From positions 12,753 to 76,752 of IMG/VR virus record IMGVR_UViG_3300034062_006900: 64,000 nt of DNA; one strand, written 5' to 3'. This document shows, piece by piece, positions 20,508-30,301 of this stretch. A model generated the notes under the pieces. That model made no database searches and was not told the DNA's origin. It saw nothing but the letters and a program-made list of their open reading frames with translations. Positions within the stretch are counted from its first letter, which is position 1. Each line of letters opens with the position of its first letter. The position numbers and the translations under genes are program-made. The DNA comes from a virus.

Positions 20508-21347
20508 CTAATAATTCAATATCAACAGCTCTTCCCCCATATTTTGTTTTGTATTTTTTTTCGCCGCAGCCGCTTTCGCAAATTCTTTTTTCTCCCATCT
20601 GTATTGGTTCTCAGGAAACCAATCGTGTAATAAGGGAAAATCATAATATGATAAACTGAAATTACCCTCAACCTGTTTCAACACATTTGCTAGTCTTTCG
20701 TGGTCTCCACTGTCAAAATCATGGTTATTATAATAGTTCTCAGTTTTCCAATATGGAGGGTCCAAATAAATATAAGTCGACGGTGAGTCATACTTTTCAA
20801 TTACTTGTTGGAAGTCCATATTCTCAACATTGGTGATTTTTTCAAAATGCGATATCCAATCAGGTTTTGATAACTTGTCCCTAAACGAAAGGTATTTGGA
20901 CCTGTATTTTCCCTTCAAATCAATAAACGATGAAGTCTCAGGCTTACTACCCGAAAAGACCTGTGTGAGGACATATGCGTATTTGGCAGCTACCTCATAG
21001 TCAGGATAGTTTATTGTAAAACCACTACCAAATATTTCCTGTTGATATGTAACAAATTTTTCCCTGAATTCAGGTGGTGTTGCATCCACACCAACTTGTT
21101 GGACTGTTATCGAATCCAACGCTCTTTGTAGTTCACTTGGATTTTGAACACATTGGAATAGATTGTAGTTTAATGGGTTGAAGTCGTTATAAACAACTCG
21201 TTTAAGATTTGGGTATTTACTCAAATCCATATTAAAGAAACACCAAAACATTCCACCGAATGTTTCTACATATGTTTCCATGTCTTCGGAATAAAATGGA
21301 ACTATCCATTTACCGATTTTTGATTTTCCTCCTATATAACTTAACAT
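20508..21347 (-). CDS. Dam-family DNA adenine methyltransferase
   Basis: YIGGKS, ETFGG, YND, DPPY, ELLILNY. Confidence 0.9.
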   Translation of the reverse strand: MLSYIGGKSKIGKWIVPFYSEDMETYVETFGGMFWCFFNMDLSKYPNLKRVVYNDFNPLNYNLFQCVQNPSELQRALDSITVQQVGVDATPPEFREKFVTYQQEIFGSGFTINYPDYEVAAKYAYVLTQVFSGSKPETSSFIDLKGKYRSKYLSFRDKLSKPDWISHFEKITNVENMDFQQVIEKYDSPSTYIYLDPPYWKTENYYNNHDFDSGDHERLANVLKQVEGNFSLSYYDFPLLHDWFPENQYRWEKKEFAKAAAAKKNTKQNMGEELLILNY

Positions 21348-21383
21348 ATAAGAATTATAATAAAAAAAATATAAAAGGCAAAT

Positions 21384-21557
21384 TTACTTGTAACAATTTT
21401 TATAAGGTCTGCAAGATGCTTTCTGTGTGAATCCCATTTCTTTACATGAGGTTGACTCACAATAGGATTTACTATATTTTCTAGGTTTCTTAAATTTCTT
21501 TTGTCCCTTCTCCTCTAAGTAGGTGTAGAGGACTCTCCTAATTTGTTCACTTAACAT
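21384..21557 (-). CDS. 57-aa basic Cys-containing protein
   Basis: MLSEQIRRVLYTYLEEK...YCESTSCKEMGFTQKASCRPYKNCYK; TATTTAT upstream. Confidence 0.65.
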   Translation of the reverse strand: MLSEQIRRVLYTYLEEKGQKKFKKPRKYSKSYCESTSCKEMGFTQKASCRPYKNCYK

Positions 21558-21567
21558 AATTATAAAT

Positions 21568-21720
21568 ATGCAGGAAACTACTACTGGTTGTAAAAAATGT
21601 AGACAACGTGATAGACGTGGTTATCAATGGTTGATGGTTGTCTTTGGATTCTACGTAATCTTTTCTTCGATTTACGGGTCAATTACTCTATTCAAAGAAT
21701 TTCTAAAACTTATTAAATAG
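21568..21720 (+). CDS. small CxxC plus transmembrane protein
   Basis: MQETTTGCKKCRQ...WLMVVFGFYVIFSSIYGSITLF. Confidence 0.6.
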   Translation: MQETTTGCKKCRQRDRRGYQWLMVVFGFYVIFSSIYGSITLFKEFLKLIK

Positions 21721-22639
21721 GTCTGTCGTATTTGAGAATTAATTTCAAATACATATCTCCATTGAAATATCCTTTCCCTCTTAACCTTAGTGGTTTAGAT
21801 GTGTCGATTGTTTTCGGTGCTTGGACAATTAATTCCCCATCTGGGTGAGGTATTGAAAACTTATCCTGTTGAATACCATTCAAGTCTAATACCAAATTGT
21901 ATATCAAATCATTATTTAATTTTTCAAATCCATCGTGTGGAACTGTCTCAATCTGAATCAACAAGTCACCATATTCTCCGTTCCTGAAATCTCCAACATC
22001 ACCAACCTTTAGAAACTGTCCACTGTCTGCACCCACAGGTATGTTAATCTTCAATTCACTTGTTGATTGTTTTGTTCCTCTACCATCACAGTAATAACAT
22101 TTATGGACTAAGGTATATCCTTTACCACCACAGGTATTACAAACAGTTCTGATTTGTTGAACCATAAATCCTGTTCCAAATTGTTTTACTTGGAATCCTG
22201 CACCTCCACATGTTTGACAAGCCTGTTGGTCTCCACCACCTCCACCACAATTATTACAATGAATATCCCTGAAGTAACTCACATTCTTTTCCGTTCCCAA
22301 GTAAGATTCTTGAGGAGTTATTTGAACTCTTATGATTTTATCTGGTGCACTTTTTCTTCTTGATTGTTGTTGTCTGAATCCATTAGCCCCTCCAAACATT
22401 TGACTGAACATGTTTTCAAAGTCACTACCAGCATACGGATTAGTCTTTCTTTGATTGTATTGTTGTCTTTTCTCAGTATTACCTAACGTTTCATACGCCT
22501 CATTAATCTCTTTGAATTTTTCAGCTCCATCGGGATTAACATCAGGATGAAACTTTTTGGATAGACTTCTATAACTTTTTTTTATGTCCTCATCTGAAGC
22601 ATTCTCTTCAACTTCTAAAATTTTGTAGTAATCTTTCAT
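21713..22639 (-). CDS. dnaJ: DnaJ chaperone
   Basis: J domain with HPD, four CxxCxGxG repeats and a C-terminal domain. Confidence 0.95.
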   Translation of the reverse strand: MKDYYKILEVEENASDEDIKKSYRSLSKKFHPDVNPDGAEKFKEINEAYETLGNTEKRQQYNQRKTNPYAGSDFENMFSQMFGGANGFRQQQSRRKSAPDKIIRVQITPQESYLGTEKNVSYFRDIHCNNCGGGGGDQQACQTCGGAGFQVKQFGTGFMVQQIRTVCNTCGGKGYTLVHKCYYCDGRGTKQSTSELKINIPVGADSGQFLKVGDVGDFRNGEYGDLLIQIETVPHDGFEKLNNDLIYNLVLDLNGIQQDKFSIPHPDGELIVQAPKTIDTSKPLRLRGKGYFNGDMYLKLILKYDRPI

Positions 22640-22641
22640 AT

Positions 22642-23286
22642 ATGCATAGATATTCTGTTATCTTATTCAAGGATAAAGTAAGGAGAAAAATAATAAAGAA
22701 ATTTATTTCTCTCAAGAAGGCTGATGAGTTTTTTATTAAGGAAAAATCAAAGTCTGATGAGGTATCATTTGATGTCATCTATGAGAATGGTATGGAATGC
22801 AAATATGAAATTGCTCTTGTGGATTCTCAACCAAATCACTCCGCACCTGTTTATCTCACAGATGAATTTGGTAGAAACATAAGAGTTAAGTTGGATGATA
22901 CGAACAATTCTATTCTGAAGATATCTAACTATAGGAAGGAAGAATTGATATTTGATTTGACTAAAAAGAAAAAGATATCTTTCGGAGAATTTGTAAAAAC
23001 ATATTTGGGAACTCAATCCTTAAAAATGGTTTCATCACTGAACAATAAGGTTGTTGTTCAAAACGACGAAAAAACAAATCTATTCTCCTTGAAGACTGAA
23101 TCTGAAGCCGATAGATTCATTGATAGTCTATCGAGTTACTTCTTTAAAAATAAAAGAGCCGATTGTATCTTCATAAAAGATAACTCATCAGCTCAAAGAA
23201 AGTATATGTTGAAATTATTGGAGGAACAAGGATTTGATAAAAAGATTTTATATAGAAAATCTACGACTCATCCTCGTCTAAAATAA
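22642..23286 (+). CDS. hypothetical protein
   Basis: 214-aa ORF. Confidence 0.75.
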   Translation: MHRYSVILFKDKVRRKIIKKFISLKKADEFFIKEKSKSDEVSFDVIYENGMECKYEIALVDSQPNHSAPVYLTDEFGRNIRVKLDDTNNSILKISNYRKEELIFDLTKKKKISFGEFVKTYLGTQSLKMVSSLNNKVVVQNDEKTNLFSLKTESEADRFIDSLSSYFFKNKRADCIFIKDNSSAQRKYMLKLLEEQGFDKKILYRKSTTHPRLK

Positions 23287-23491
23287 AGTGGAACTCTGTT
23301 CCTGAAATATCAATTGAAAATTGTTTGTGATGTCTATCAATTTCTCTGAAATGAGAAATCACCTTTTCGTATTCGTCTTTCTTAAGTTCGAATACTATAG
23401 TTCCTTTTCCAATGAAAGTGCTTTGTATTGATTCGGCAATAAGTGCCAGTTTTTCTAAGTCCCCAATAGGAGTATCTTGATTTTCTGCCAT
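23261..23491 (-). CDS. hypothetical protein
   Basis: 76-aa ORF. Confidence 0.7.
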   Translation of the reverse strand: MAENQDTPIGDLEKLALIAESIQSTFIGKGTIVFELKKDEYEKVISHFREIDRHHKQFSIDISGTEFHFILDEDES

Positions 23492-23637
23492 AAGGTTATT
23501 TTTTTTGGTTTTGGAACTAAGTCTTCTCTTTTCAAAGACTTAAGGTCCTTTAATATTTTCCGTTTGTAAGCTTCAATCTCTTTAGAGTCTTTCTGTTGCT
23601 CACTCTTCAGCCAATCCAAGAGTTGTTGGTTCTTCAT
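23455..23637 (-). CDS. hypothetical protein
   Basis: Likely start MKNQQLL. Confidence 0.6.
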   Translation of the reverse strand: MKNQQLLDWLKSEQQKDSKEIEAYKRKILKDLKSLKREDLVPKPKKITLWQKIKILLLGT

Positions 23638-24034
23638 CTTCTTCTTCGTCAATTAAATCATTATCAGGTAGTTCAAAGTCAAAATACAAATTCTGTAGTT
23701 TATCCAAATCATTCTTCTCAAATGTTTGTTTCAACTGTTCTATTGTTTGTTTGAATAACTTCTCTTTAAGTTCCTTCTCTTTGTTTAATTTAATTATCTT
23801 GGCAACTTTATTCAAAGTTGTTCCCATGGCGGCTTCATTAATTTCGGTTACAAATGAAATGCCTTTGAAGTTTGAATCATCTGATTCGAACCCAACCACT
23901 TGACCTTCCTCAACGATACTCTTAGGTAGAGACCATTTGGTTGGTAACTTTAAATCTATACTCAAATAGTTCTTTAACTTTCTTATTGAATGAATGTATT
24001 CAATGAAAGGTTCTAATTCTCTATAAAAACTCAT
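23600..24034 (-). CDS. hypothetical protein
   Basis: 144-aa ORF with coiled coil and acidic tail. Confidence 0.75.
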   Translation of the reverse strand: MSFYRELEPFIEYIHSIRKLKNYLSIDLKLPTKWSLPKSIVEEGQVVGFESDDSNFKGISFVTEINEAAMGTTLNKVAKIIKLNKEKELKEKLFKQTIEQLKQTFEKNDLDKLQNLYFDFELPDNDLIDEEEDEEPTTLGLAEE

Positions 24035-24219
24035 CTAAAAAAAATATATGTTATTATGTAGCTTACTGATAAGCCAAGGAATATGAGTTCCCTGTTACTG
24101 TAATCCAATGGTTTTGGTTCTCTCTGTAACAGGGCACTCATAAATTTTAGGACATTTTTCAATGACACTAATATTGTGAATACTAATATAAAAAAATATA
24201 TAGATTCAATATTATGCAT
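24031..24219 (-). CDS. small membrane protein (two TM helices)
   Basis: Two hydrophobic stretches; likely start MHNIES. Confidence 0.65.
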   Translation of the reverse strand: MHNIESIYFFILVFTILVSLKNVLKFMSALLQREPKPLDYSNRELIFLGLSVSYIITYIFFR

Positions 24220-24394
24220 TAGGTTCAGTCTTTTTGTGGTCAAGAATTTCTCCTCTTAATTTTTGAAGAAGAGCTTTGATTTCCTGAGCTGTCTTTCTTG
24301 CTCTTGTGCCAGCGCTTTTGTTTCCTTTGAAAAACTTAGTGCTATCTACAGAAAGAAGTTCAGTCATTTCTTTGATTTGTTCTAAAGTGTCCAT
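24212..24394 (-). CDS. histone H1-like Hc1 family protein
   Basis: KGNKSAGTRARKTAQEIK motif. Confidence 0.8.
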   Translation of the reverse strand: MDTLEQIKEMTELLSVDSTKFFKGNKSAGTRARKTAQEIKALLQKLRGEILDHKKTEPNA

Positions 24395-24462
24395 TTTAAA
24401 AATGAATTTAAAAGTTTATTAATAAGGGAAATATAATTTTTTCTCCACTGGTGTAAATAGAA

Positions 24463-24933
24463 TCAAGCTTTTTCTAATTCTATATTTTTTTCGAGTAACT
24501 TATACATCTCAGTTAAGATATCCAAATCCGACTTACTAAAAGGTTTATCGACATCAAACACATCATCCAAAAATCTTGGAATAGCATCTTTAAGATTTTT
24601 TTCTTTCTGATTATAAAAACTATCAAAGAAAAAACTTTTAAAATAATCCTTGTGTTGACCTCCGTGTTTTATTATAATATTCTCTTTGGAAAAATTATCA
24701 AGAACTTTATCCCAACACCATTCGAAGTGAAGGTTGTTGTCATCTTCAGATATACTGATTCGTGTTTCTGAATCCTCACTACCCAAATAGGTATCCAAAA
24801 TAGTATGATTAAGTGATTTAAATATATCACCATAAAGTTCAATCTTTTCATAATTCATATTATGAACATTGAACCAAATTAATACTTCATCTTTTGGGAC
24901 AGGCTTAGACATCCAATTAAAAAAATTCTCCAT
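24463..24933 (-). CDS. hypothetical protein
   Basis: 156-aa ORF. Confidence 0.75.
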   Translation of the reverse strand: MENFFNWMSKPVPKDEVLIWFNVHNMNYEKIELYGDIFKSLNHTILDTYLGSEDSETRISISEDDNNLHFEWCWDKVLDNFSKENIIIKHGGQHKDYFKSFFFDSFYNQKEKNLKDAIPRFLDDVFDVDKPFSKSDLDILTEMYKLLEKNIELEKA

Positions 24934-24980
24934 AGAAATTATCTATGGAGAATATAATAAAGTTGATTTAAATGTGAATT

Positions 24981-26672
24981 TTATTGGGTCTTTCTATTAT
25001 ATGTTATAAGATTTTTAATCTTTTCCATATCTTCGTTAACCTTAACTTTTTTCTTTTCTTCTTGCTTAGACTCTAATTGATTCATAATTTTTTGAGCCTT
25101 GTTCGTTGAACCCTTTCTGATACTTTTTAATGAACCATCCATTTTGTCACTTCCTCCAACATCAACTGGTTGTGGTTGTCTTTTGTATGAAACATTCATT
25201 TGTTCAGCACCATATAAGTTTTCATCGTAGTTCTTTTTGAATCTATCTCCTAAGTCACTTGGAGCAACATTACCTAATGGTTTACCATCTTTATCTCTAA
25301 CAGCATTTCCTGTTGTAGAATCACCTTTAAGGTATTTGTCAATCTTTTTATCGTCAGGTTTGATTTCATCATAAACTAAATTTGTCATACCAGGATGTGA
25401 GAAAGCTTCAATGTATTCATCAACTGCTTGTGATGGATGATACTTCATAGTTTTTTCTTTCATCTTATCCATAGTATAGTTACTTTGAGGGAAAGTTTCA
25501 GGTGATTCATTATATTCATCCTTCGAACCTGCTTTAACATACTTCTTCATTTTTTCAACAACTTGTTTTGCGTAGTCTTCATTCTCTTTCTTACTAGCCG
25601 CTTGAACTTTTTCAGTCTTCTTAAGACCTGTTGCTTCTTTCTTTGAGATGTTATTTTTTTCTGCTTTGTCTTTAACTTTTTGTTCTAAAACTATTTTTTC
25701 AATCATATCCACTAATTCATCTTCAGTTAATGTTAATTTGTTTACACTTTCTTTGATGTCTTTCAGAGTCAATGCCAAGTTTACTTGTTTTAATAATTTA
25801 GAATCCGCAGCTGTAAGTTTTTTATCTCCCTCACCTTTCTTCGTTAATTCTTTCTTTATTGCCTTTAACTTTGCTTGTGGAATCTTATCTCCTTCAGTAA
25901 CACCTAATTTCTTATGTAAAGCACCTTTCTTCATATCGGTCTTCTGAATCCATTTTTCTTTAGCCTCCTTAACAGGATAAGTTTTACCATCAACTTCAAA
26001 GGATTTTTTACCTTCTTTCTTTGCATCCGCTAACGCACCTGTAAATTCATTCCCTTCTTCTGTTTCTTGTTCTCCCATATCTCTACGAGTTCTAATTTTC
26101 ATAGGTCCATATTTTTTCTTATACATATCAAACAATCTTTGACCTCTCTCACCTGGTGAGAACCATCTTGTTTTATCACCAAATTTGTCATACATAGATG
26201 AGAAATCGTCGAACTCTTCTTCATCGTAGTCAAAATCAAATTCACCTTCGAAGTCTTCGTCATCTTGGTTATACCATCCATGATTATCAGAAAATGAGCC
26301 AAAGATTTTTCCTGGTTTGTTATCTGATAATCCTCTACCTACATACGTAGGTTCTTGAGCTGATAATTCTTCAGCTTCATCTTCTGCCTCTTCATCACCT
26401 TCGTAATCTCCAGGTGTTGATTCATCTTCATCTTTATCAAAATAGAACCATTCATCCATTTCTTCAGATTCTTTAGTTTCCTTTTTCTGACTTCTGAGTT
26501 TCTTGAAATCAGCGGCTGTTATTTTACCTTTCGGTGCGGCAACATCAATTTTACTTTGTTTACCTTTTAAGTCCTCTTCGAGTTCGTCTGCCATTTTCAT
26601 CGATTTACTGTCGATTTCTTCAGAAAGAATTCTTGAGATAAGACTATCAATACTATTGTTAGAATTTTTCAT
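24981..26672 (-). CDS. putative head/scaffold-associated protein
   Basis: Highly charged; several x-x-E boundaries (RILSEE, IVLEQ, KVNE); TATTTAT upstream. Confidence 0.55.
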   Translation of the reverse strand: MKNSNNSIDSLISRILSEEIDSKSMKMADELEEDLKGKQSKIDVAAPKGKITAADFKKLRSQKKETKESEEMDEWFYFDKDEDESTPGDYEGDEEAEDEAEELSAQEPTYVGRGLSDNKPGKIFGSFSDNHGWYNQDDEDFEGEFDFDYDEEEFDDFSSMYDKFGDKTRWFSPGERGQRLFDMYKKKYGPMKIRTRRDMGEQETEEGNEFTGALADAKKEGKKSFEVDGKTYPVKEAKEKWIQKTDMKKGALHKKLGVTEGDKIPQAKLKAIKKELTKKGEGDKKLTAADSKLLKQVNLALTLKDIKESVNKLTLTEDELVDMIEKIVLEQKVKDKAEKNNISKKEATGLKKTEKVQAASKKENEDYAKQVVEKMKKYVKAGSKDEYNESPETFPQSNYTMDKMKEKTMKYHPSQAVDEYIEAFSHPGMTNLVYDEIKPDDKKIDKYLKGDSTTGNAVRDKDGKPLGNVAPSDLGDRFKKNYDENLYGAEQMNVSYKRQPQPVDVGGSDKMDGSLKSIRKGSTNKAQKIMNQLESKQEEKKKVKVNEDMEKIKNLITYNRKTQ

Positions 26673-26696
26673 TTGTATTTTTTTATATAAATATCT

Positions 26697-27509
26697 TTAT
26701 TTGTTTCTTTTTTGGTTTTTTTCATACTCGTGTTCCAAAATAGTCTTAATCACATTTTCGCTAATTCCCATGTTTTTTGCAACATTTTTAATTGCTTCTT
26801 TAACTGATTCGTTCTTAGTTATTTTCAATGCATTGATATCACCTTGATTACAATAAGGGAATTTAGTGCACTTCTTTTTTACTTTAACAAAACCTCCACC
26901 AGGTATTTGAGTCTTTCTACTTGGTCCCCAATCTTTCTTCTTAGTTGATTTAGCCCACATTGCTGGACTTGAATATCCACCAACAGAACCTGAACCTGTG
27001 GCTTCTTTAGCCTCAACTTTATCTAATCCCATTGCACCTACTGCAATTCCTTCGTCTAATTTCGGGGTTTCAGAATCGCTTTTTTTAGCAAACTCAGTTT
27101 CTCCACCAAAGAGTGGACCTTCAAACGCACCAGATGAACCAGAACTTGTCGCTTCGTCAGTTTCCTGTCTTTCAATTTTTTTAAGTTTAGTATAATAATT
27201 TGGGTCTTCTACTAAATGGTCCATAGTAATTTCCTTAGCCTTTTGTTTGTCCTTGGTATGTTCCATTTCAACTTTCATTCCTTTATGGAATTGTTTAGTT
27301 AATTTTGCAATATCAACTTTGTGTTTCTTTGCAATTTCTTCTAAACTCATGTTATCAGATTTCCCTCCTTTAAGTTTATTTGTTTCTTTCATTTCCGAAG
27401 AGTATTTTACCATATCCCTCATCATACCGCTAGGAGATGCACTCTTACCGATTTTAGTCGAATATGCGTTAGCTAACCCTTGTTTGAATTGTTGTGATGC
27501 ACTTTCCAT
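26697..27509 (-). CDS. DUF5661-like domain protein
   Basis: GMKVEMEHT...EITMDHLVEDPNYYTKL; C-terminal KCTKFPYCNQG. Confidence 0.65.
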   Translation of the reverse strand: MESASQQFKQGLANAYSTKIGKSASPSGMMRDMVKYSSEMKETNKLKGGKSDNMSLEEIAKKHKVDIAKLTKQFHKGMKVEMEHTKDKQKAKEITMDHLVEDPNYYTKLKKIERQETDEATSSGSSGAFEGPLFGGETEFAKKSDSETPKLDEGIAVGAMGLDKVEAKEATGSGSVGGYSSPAMWAKSTKKKDWGPSRKTQIPGGGFVKVKKKCTKFPYCNQGDINALKITKNESVKEAIKNVAKNMGISENVIKTILEHEYEKNQKRNK

Positions 27510-27510
27510 A

Positions 27511-27756
27511 TTAAGCGTTCTTTAGTTTTGGTTCCCAGAATCCTCTGTTGGACCACATAAACGAATAAAACTCACGGAACATTCTGACCGTAAGTTCTTT
27601 AATCTCACCTTCGAGTTTACCCTTCTTGATTTCTTTTTGAATTCTATCCATAAGTTTGTCTTCAAACTGTTTTATGGTATTGTTATTCATAAAACTTTTG
27701 ATTTCCTTACGGACAATAACTTCAATCTCTTTTACTTCTGAACTAGTGAGTGCCAT
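27511..27756 (-). CDS. hypothetical protein
   Basis: 81-aa ORF. Confidence 0.7.
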   Translation of the reverse strand: MALTSSEVKEIEVIVRKEIKSFMNNNTIKQFEDKLMDRIQKEIKKGKLEGEIKELTVRMFREFYSFMWSNRGFWEPKLKNA

Positions 27757-28167
27757 TTATTTTGCGATTAAGAAAATTGTTAATACTGCAATTAAGCCAG
27801 TTCCTAAAATAGATTTGAATTTACCTTTAGCCTTTTCTTTTTTCAAATCCCATTCAAGTTTCTTTGAATAATCTTCAACGATTCCAAACTTTTGTTTTTC
27901 AGCATCAATGATTGTAAGATAGTTCACCTCTTTAAGTCTTAAAGTTGTGATGATACTATCTTTTAATACCACCTTCTTTTCAGTTTCAACTAACTGAGCC
28001 TCAGTAAGTTTTAACTCAGCTTTAGCTGCATCACCTGATATTAAGTCTTTCATTATTTGTCTCACAACCGGAATCGGGAAACATTTTGTATTATTACTTG
28101 TATCTGTCTGTGAAAAAGCTATCGAGCTCACGAACAGTAAGCTTATCAACACTACTAATTTTTTCAT
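27757..28167 (-). CDS. signal peptide, coiled coil and C-terminal TM protein (spanin-like)
   Basis: MKKLVVLISLLFVSSIAFSQ; overlaps the upstream TM/coiled-coil gene; near the amidase. Confidence 0.5.
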   Translation of the reverse strand: MKKLVVLISLLFVSSIAFSQTDTSNNTKCFPIPVVRQIMKDLISGDAAKAELKLTEAQLVETEKKVVLKDSIITTLRLKEVNYLTIIDAEKQKFGIVEDYSKKLEWDLKKEKAKGKFKSILGTGLIAVLTIFLIAK

Positions 28168-28453
28168 GATATATTTCTTTTACTACGGTCTTTTGACCTT
28201 TAATTTTATCGATGTGGTTGTCTAACTCATCAATTTTTTTATCATATTCGTTAATTTCTTTCTCTAACTCAACATTATCTTCATGTAATTGTTTTACTAA
28301 TACATTCAAAGAATCAAGTTGTTTTTTTTGGTCAACAGACATGTTAACCTTTGGAGTTAAGAAATAAATTAAATAATAAAGAACGAATAATCCGAACAAT
28401 ACTTTAAGTATTGTCATAAAGTTTTCCTTTAAAAAATTAATTATCTTTTGCAT
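28094..28453 (-). CDS. N-terminal TM coiled-coil protein (i-spanin-like)
   Basis: One TM helix followed by a long coiled coil. Confidence 0.5.
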   Translation of the reverse strand: MQKIINFLKENFMTILKVLFGLFVLYYLIYFLTPKVNMSVDQKKQLDSLNVLVKQLHEDNVELEKEINEYDKKIDELDNHIDKIKGQKTVVKEIYHEKISSVDKLTVRELDSFFTDRYK

Positions 28454-29045
28454 TTGTTTCACTGGTTTTCTTTCTACTTGCGATTATCTTGGACCATTTC
28501 GATTTGAATTTCTGATAATACTGTTGAAGTTTATGAACTAACTCATCAAAGTTTTCATCAATCTTAATCATAGTTCCGTCTATATATATTCCACTATCTT
28601 CACCAATTGTGAATGTGAAGTTTAAGTCTTCGTCGATTAGGTGTCCTGACCACTCAACGTTGTTTGGATAAACATTAAGTGTGTTGAAGTCAACCAAGTC
28701 CGACACCTCCTCAATAAACTCATCCATTGTTTCTTGGAATGCAAGTTTATCGTCGGTTGTGATATCCAAATCCATTCTGTTCTTACCATGTAAGGCTAAG
28801 ATACCACCTGAGATTCTATACTTCTGAGTCTTGTCATCAGGAGATGATTTTTTATCATCAGCCTGTGCAGTTTCATACTCTTTGTTATCTTGAGACGCTC
28901 TTGCCTCAATATCTTTAGCAATATTTATTTGTGTGTCAGGTTCTGATTCTGTATCAGAAGTCATTGCCGATTGTTCAAATATAAATCTCGACTTCTTTAA
29001 AAGAGATTTTATTTCATCGTATCTTTCGTTATGCAAATTGCTCAT
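28437..29045 (-). CDS. hypothetical protein
   Basis: 202-aa ORF; leader ...RFIFEQ. Confidence 0.75.
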   Translation of the reverse strand: MSNLHNERYDEIKSLLKKSRFIFEQSAMTSDTESEPDTQINIAKDIEARASQDNKEYETAQADDKKSSPDDKTQKYRISGGILALHGKNRMDLDITTDDKLAFQETMDEFIEEVSDLVDFNTLNVYPNNVEWSGHLIDEDLNFTFTIGEDSGIYIDGTMIKIDENFDELVHKLQQYYQKFKSKWSKIIASRKKTSETNAKDN

Positions 29046-29634
29046 TTTCTATAAATTTTGTGAAGGTTTCAAAGTTGAATGAAGGACTTAGGTCAGTGTA
29101 TCTACTACTTAAATTACTTCGGGAAATGATACCTTCGAAGGCCTCCACTCCATCAATTTTAGTATTGTGACCCAAACATCTTTTTTCGATGGATAACTCT
29201 TCTGACAACTTAACACATAATTTCGCAGCTGATTCAATCTGGGAATTTGTGTATGGTTGCCAAAAAAAGAAATCTCTCCATTTCTTCTCGAAAACCTGTC
29301 CTTTATAAATACTCCCTTTCCAGTTAATGTAATCGTTGGTCAATGGTTTCTTTTCCAACCATCCCATGTTCTCAAGAACAATGATTACAGAGTTCCTATT
29401 GATGTTATCTTCATCAAAGAAATTAGTATAGGAGGTGTCTCCCATAAGTTGAATAATCTTACCTCTTTGGGTTACCAAATAATTAGGAACTCGGTCAAAC
29501 TTACCGTTGTATCTAAACTCAAGGGAGGCTAAGTATTCGTTAGCCTCCCTTGATGTATGACACAAAATAATTTGTCTCTTCTTTTTTTGTTTTCCTAATT
29601 GCTTAAAGTTTCCATATTTTTCAATGTTAAGCAT
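29029..29634 (-). CDS. Amidase_2-like N-acetylmuramoyl-L-alanine amidase (putative endolysin)
   Basis: QIILCHT, YLVTQRGKIIQL, NRNSVIIVLENMG, YTNSQIES, DLSP. Confidence 0.75.
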   Translation of the reverse strand: MLNIEKYGNFKQLGKQKKKRQIILCHTSREANEYLASLEFRYNGKFDRVPNYLVTQRGKIIQLMGDTSYTNFFDEDNINRNSVIIVLENMGWLEKKPLTNDYINWKGSIYKGQVFEKKWRDFFFWQPYTNSQIESAAKLCVKLSEELSIEKRCLGHNTKIDGVEAFEGIISRSNLSSRYTDLSPSFNFETFTKFIENEQFA

Positions 29635-30301
29635 CTCTTTTTGAATAAACGAGTCTTTTAATCTTATCTTCTCGAGGTTCCTCATCTGTTGATTCAAACT
29701 TTTGAAGTTGTCTTTTCAACTCTTCCAAATCCTCTTCTGTTGGTTTATATCTTTGTTCCTCAACTTGAGCCTCTTCTTTACCAATTATGGTAGCAAGTTG
29801 TTCGAGTGGGATATCTAAATTAGGTGAAGCCTTCTTCTTTTCTTCCTCTTCAAATTTTACTAACATATGTAGGAAAGATAAAGATATAATTGGAAGCATT
29901 CCACCAGAAAATAATGCCAAGAATCTTTTGTGACCAACAAGGTCTCCTGATTCAACGCCCAGGAATGAAACGATAGGGTCAACCATATCAACCCAATCTT
30001 TAAATGATTGACTATTCACATCAATGTATTGATATGCGAAGAATATGTTTCCTATAAATTGAATAAGGGTTACAATAGCAAAGGGAAAATAAACTTTCTT
30101 TCCCATCTGAGCTGATATCGCAGCCAAAGCAGATAATGCAGCAATTTCGATACCAACAGAGAGATATATCGCCCAACTTGTTGGGTTAGATAAACCATAC
30201 CATTTAGTTACGTGTGATATTGATACCACTGCAACAGTTATAATTGGAACTAAAAAAGCAACATAAATTATTGTTTTAAAGTTTTTTTGAAACCAATTCA
30301 T
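29627..30301 (-). CDS. multi-pass membrane protein (holin candidate)
   Basis: About four TM helices and a charged tail; directly upstream of the amidase. Confidence 0.5.
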   Translation of the reverse strand: MNWFQKNFKTIIYVAFLVPIITVAVVSISHVTKWYGLSNPTSWAIYLSVGIEIAALSALAAISAQMGKKVYFPFAIVTLIQFIGNIFFAYQYIDVNSQSFKDWVDMVDPIVSFLGVESGDLVGHKRFLALFSGGMLPIISLSFLHMLVKFEEEEKKKASPNLDIPLEQLATIIGKEEAQVEEQRYKPTEEDLEELKRQLQKFESTDEEPREDKIKRLVYSKRDA

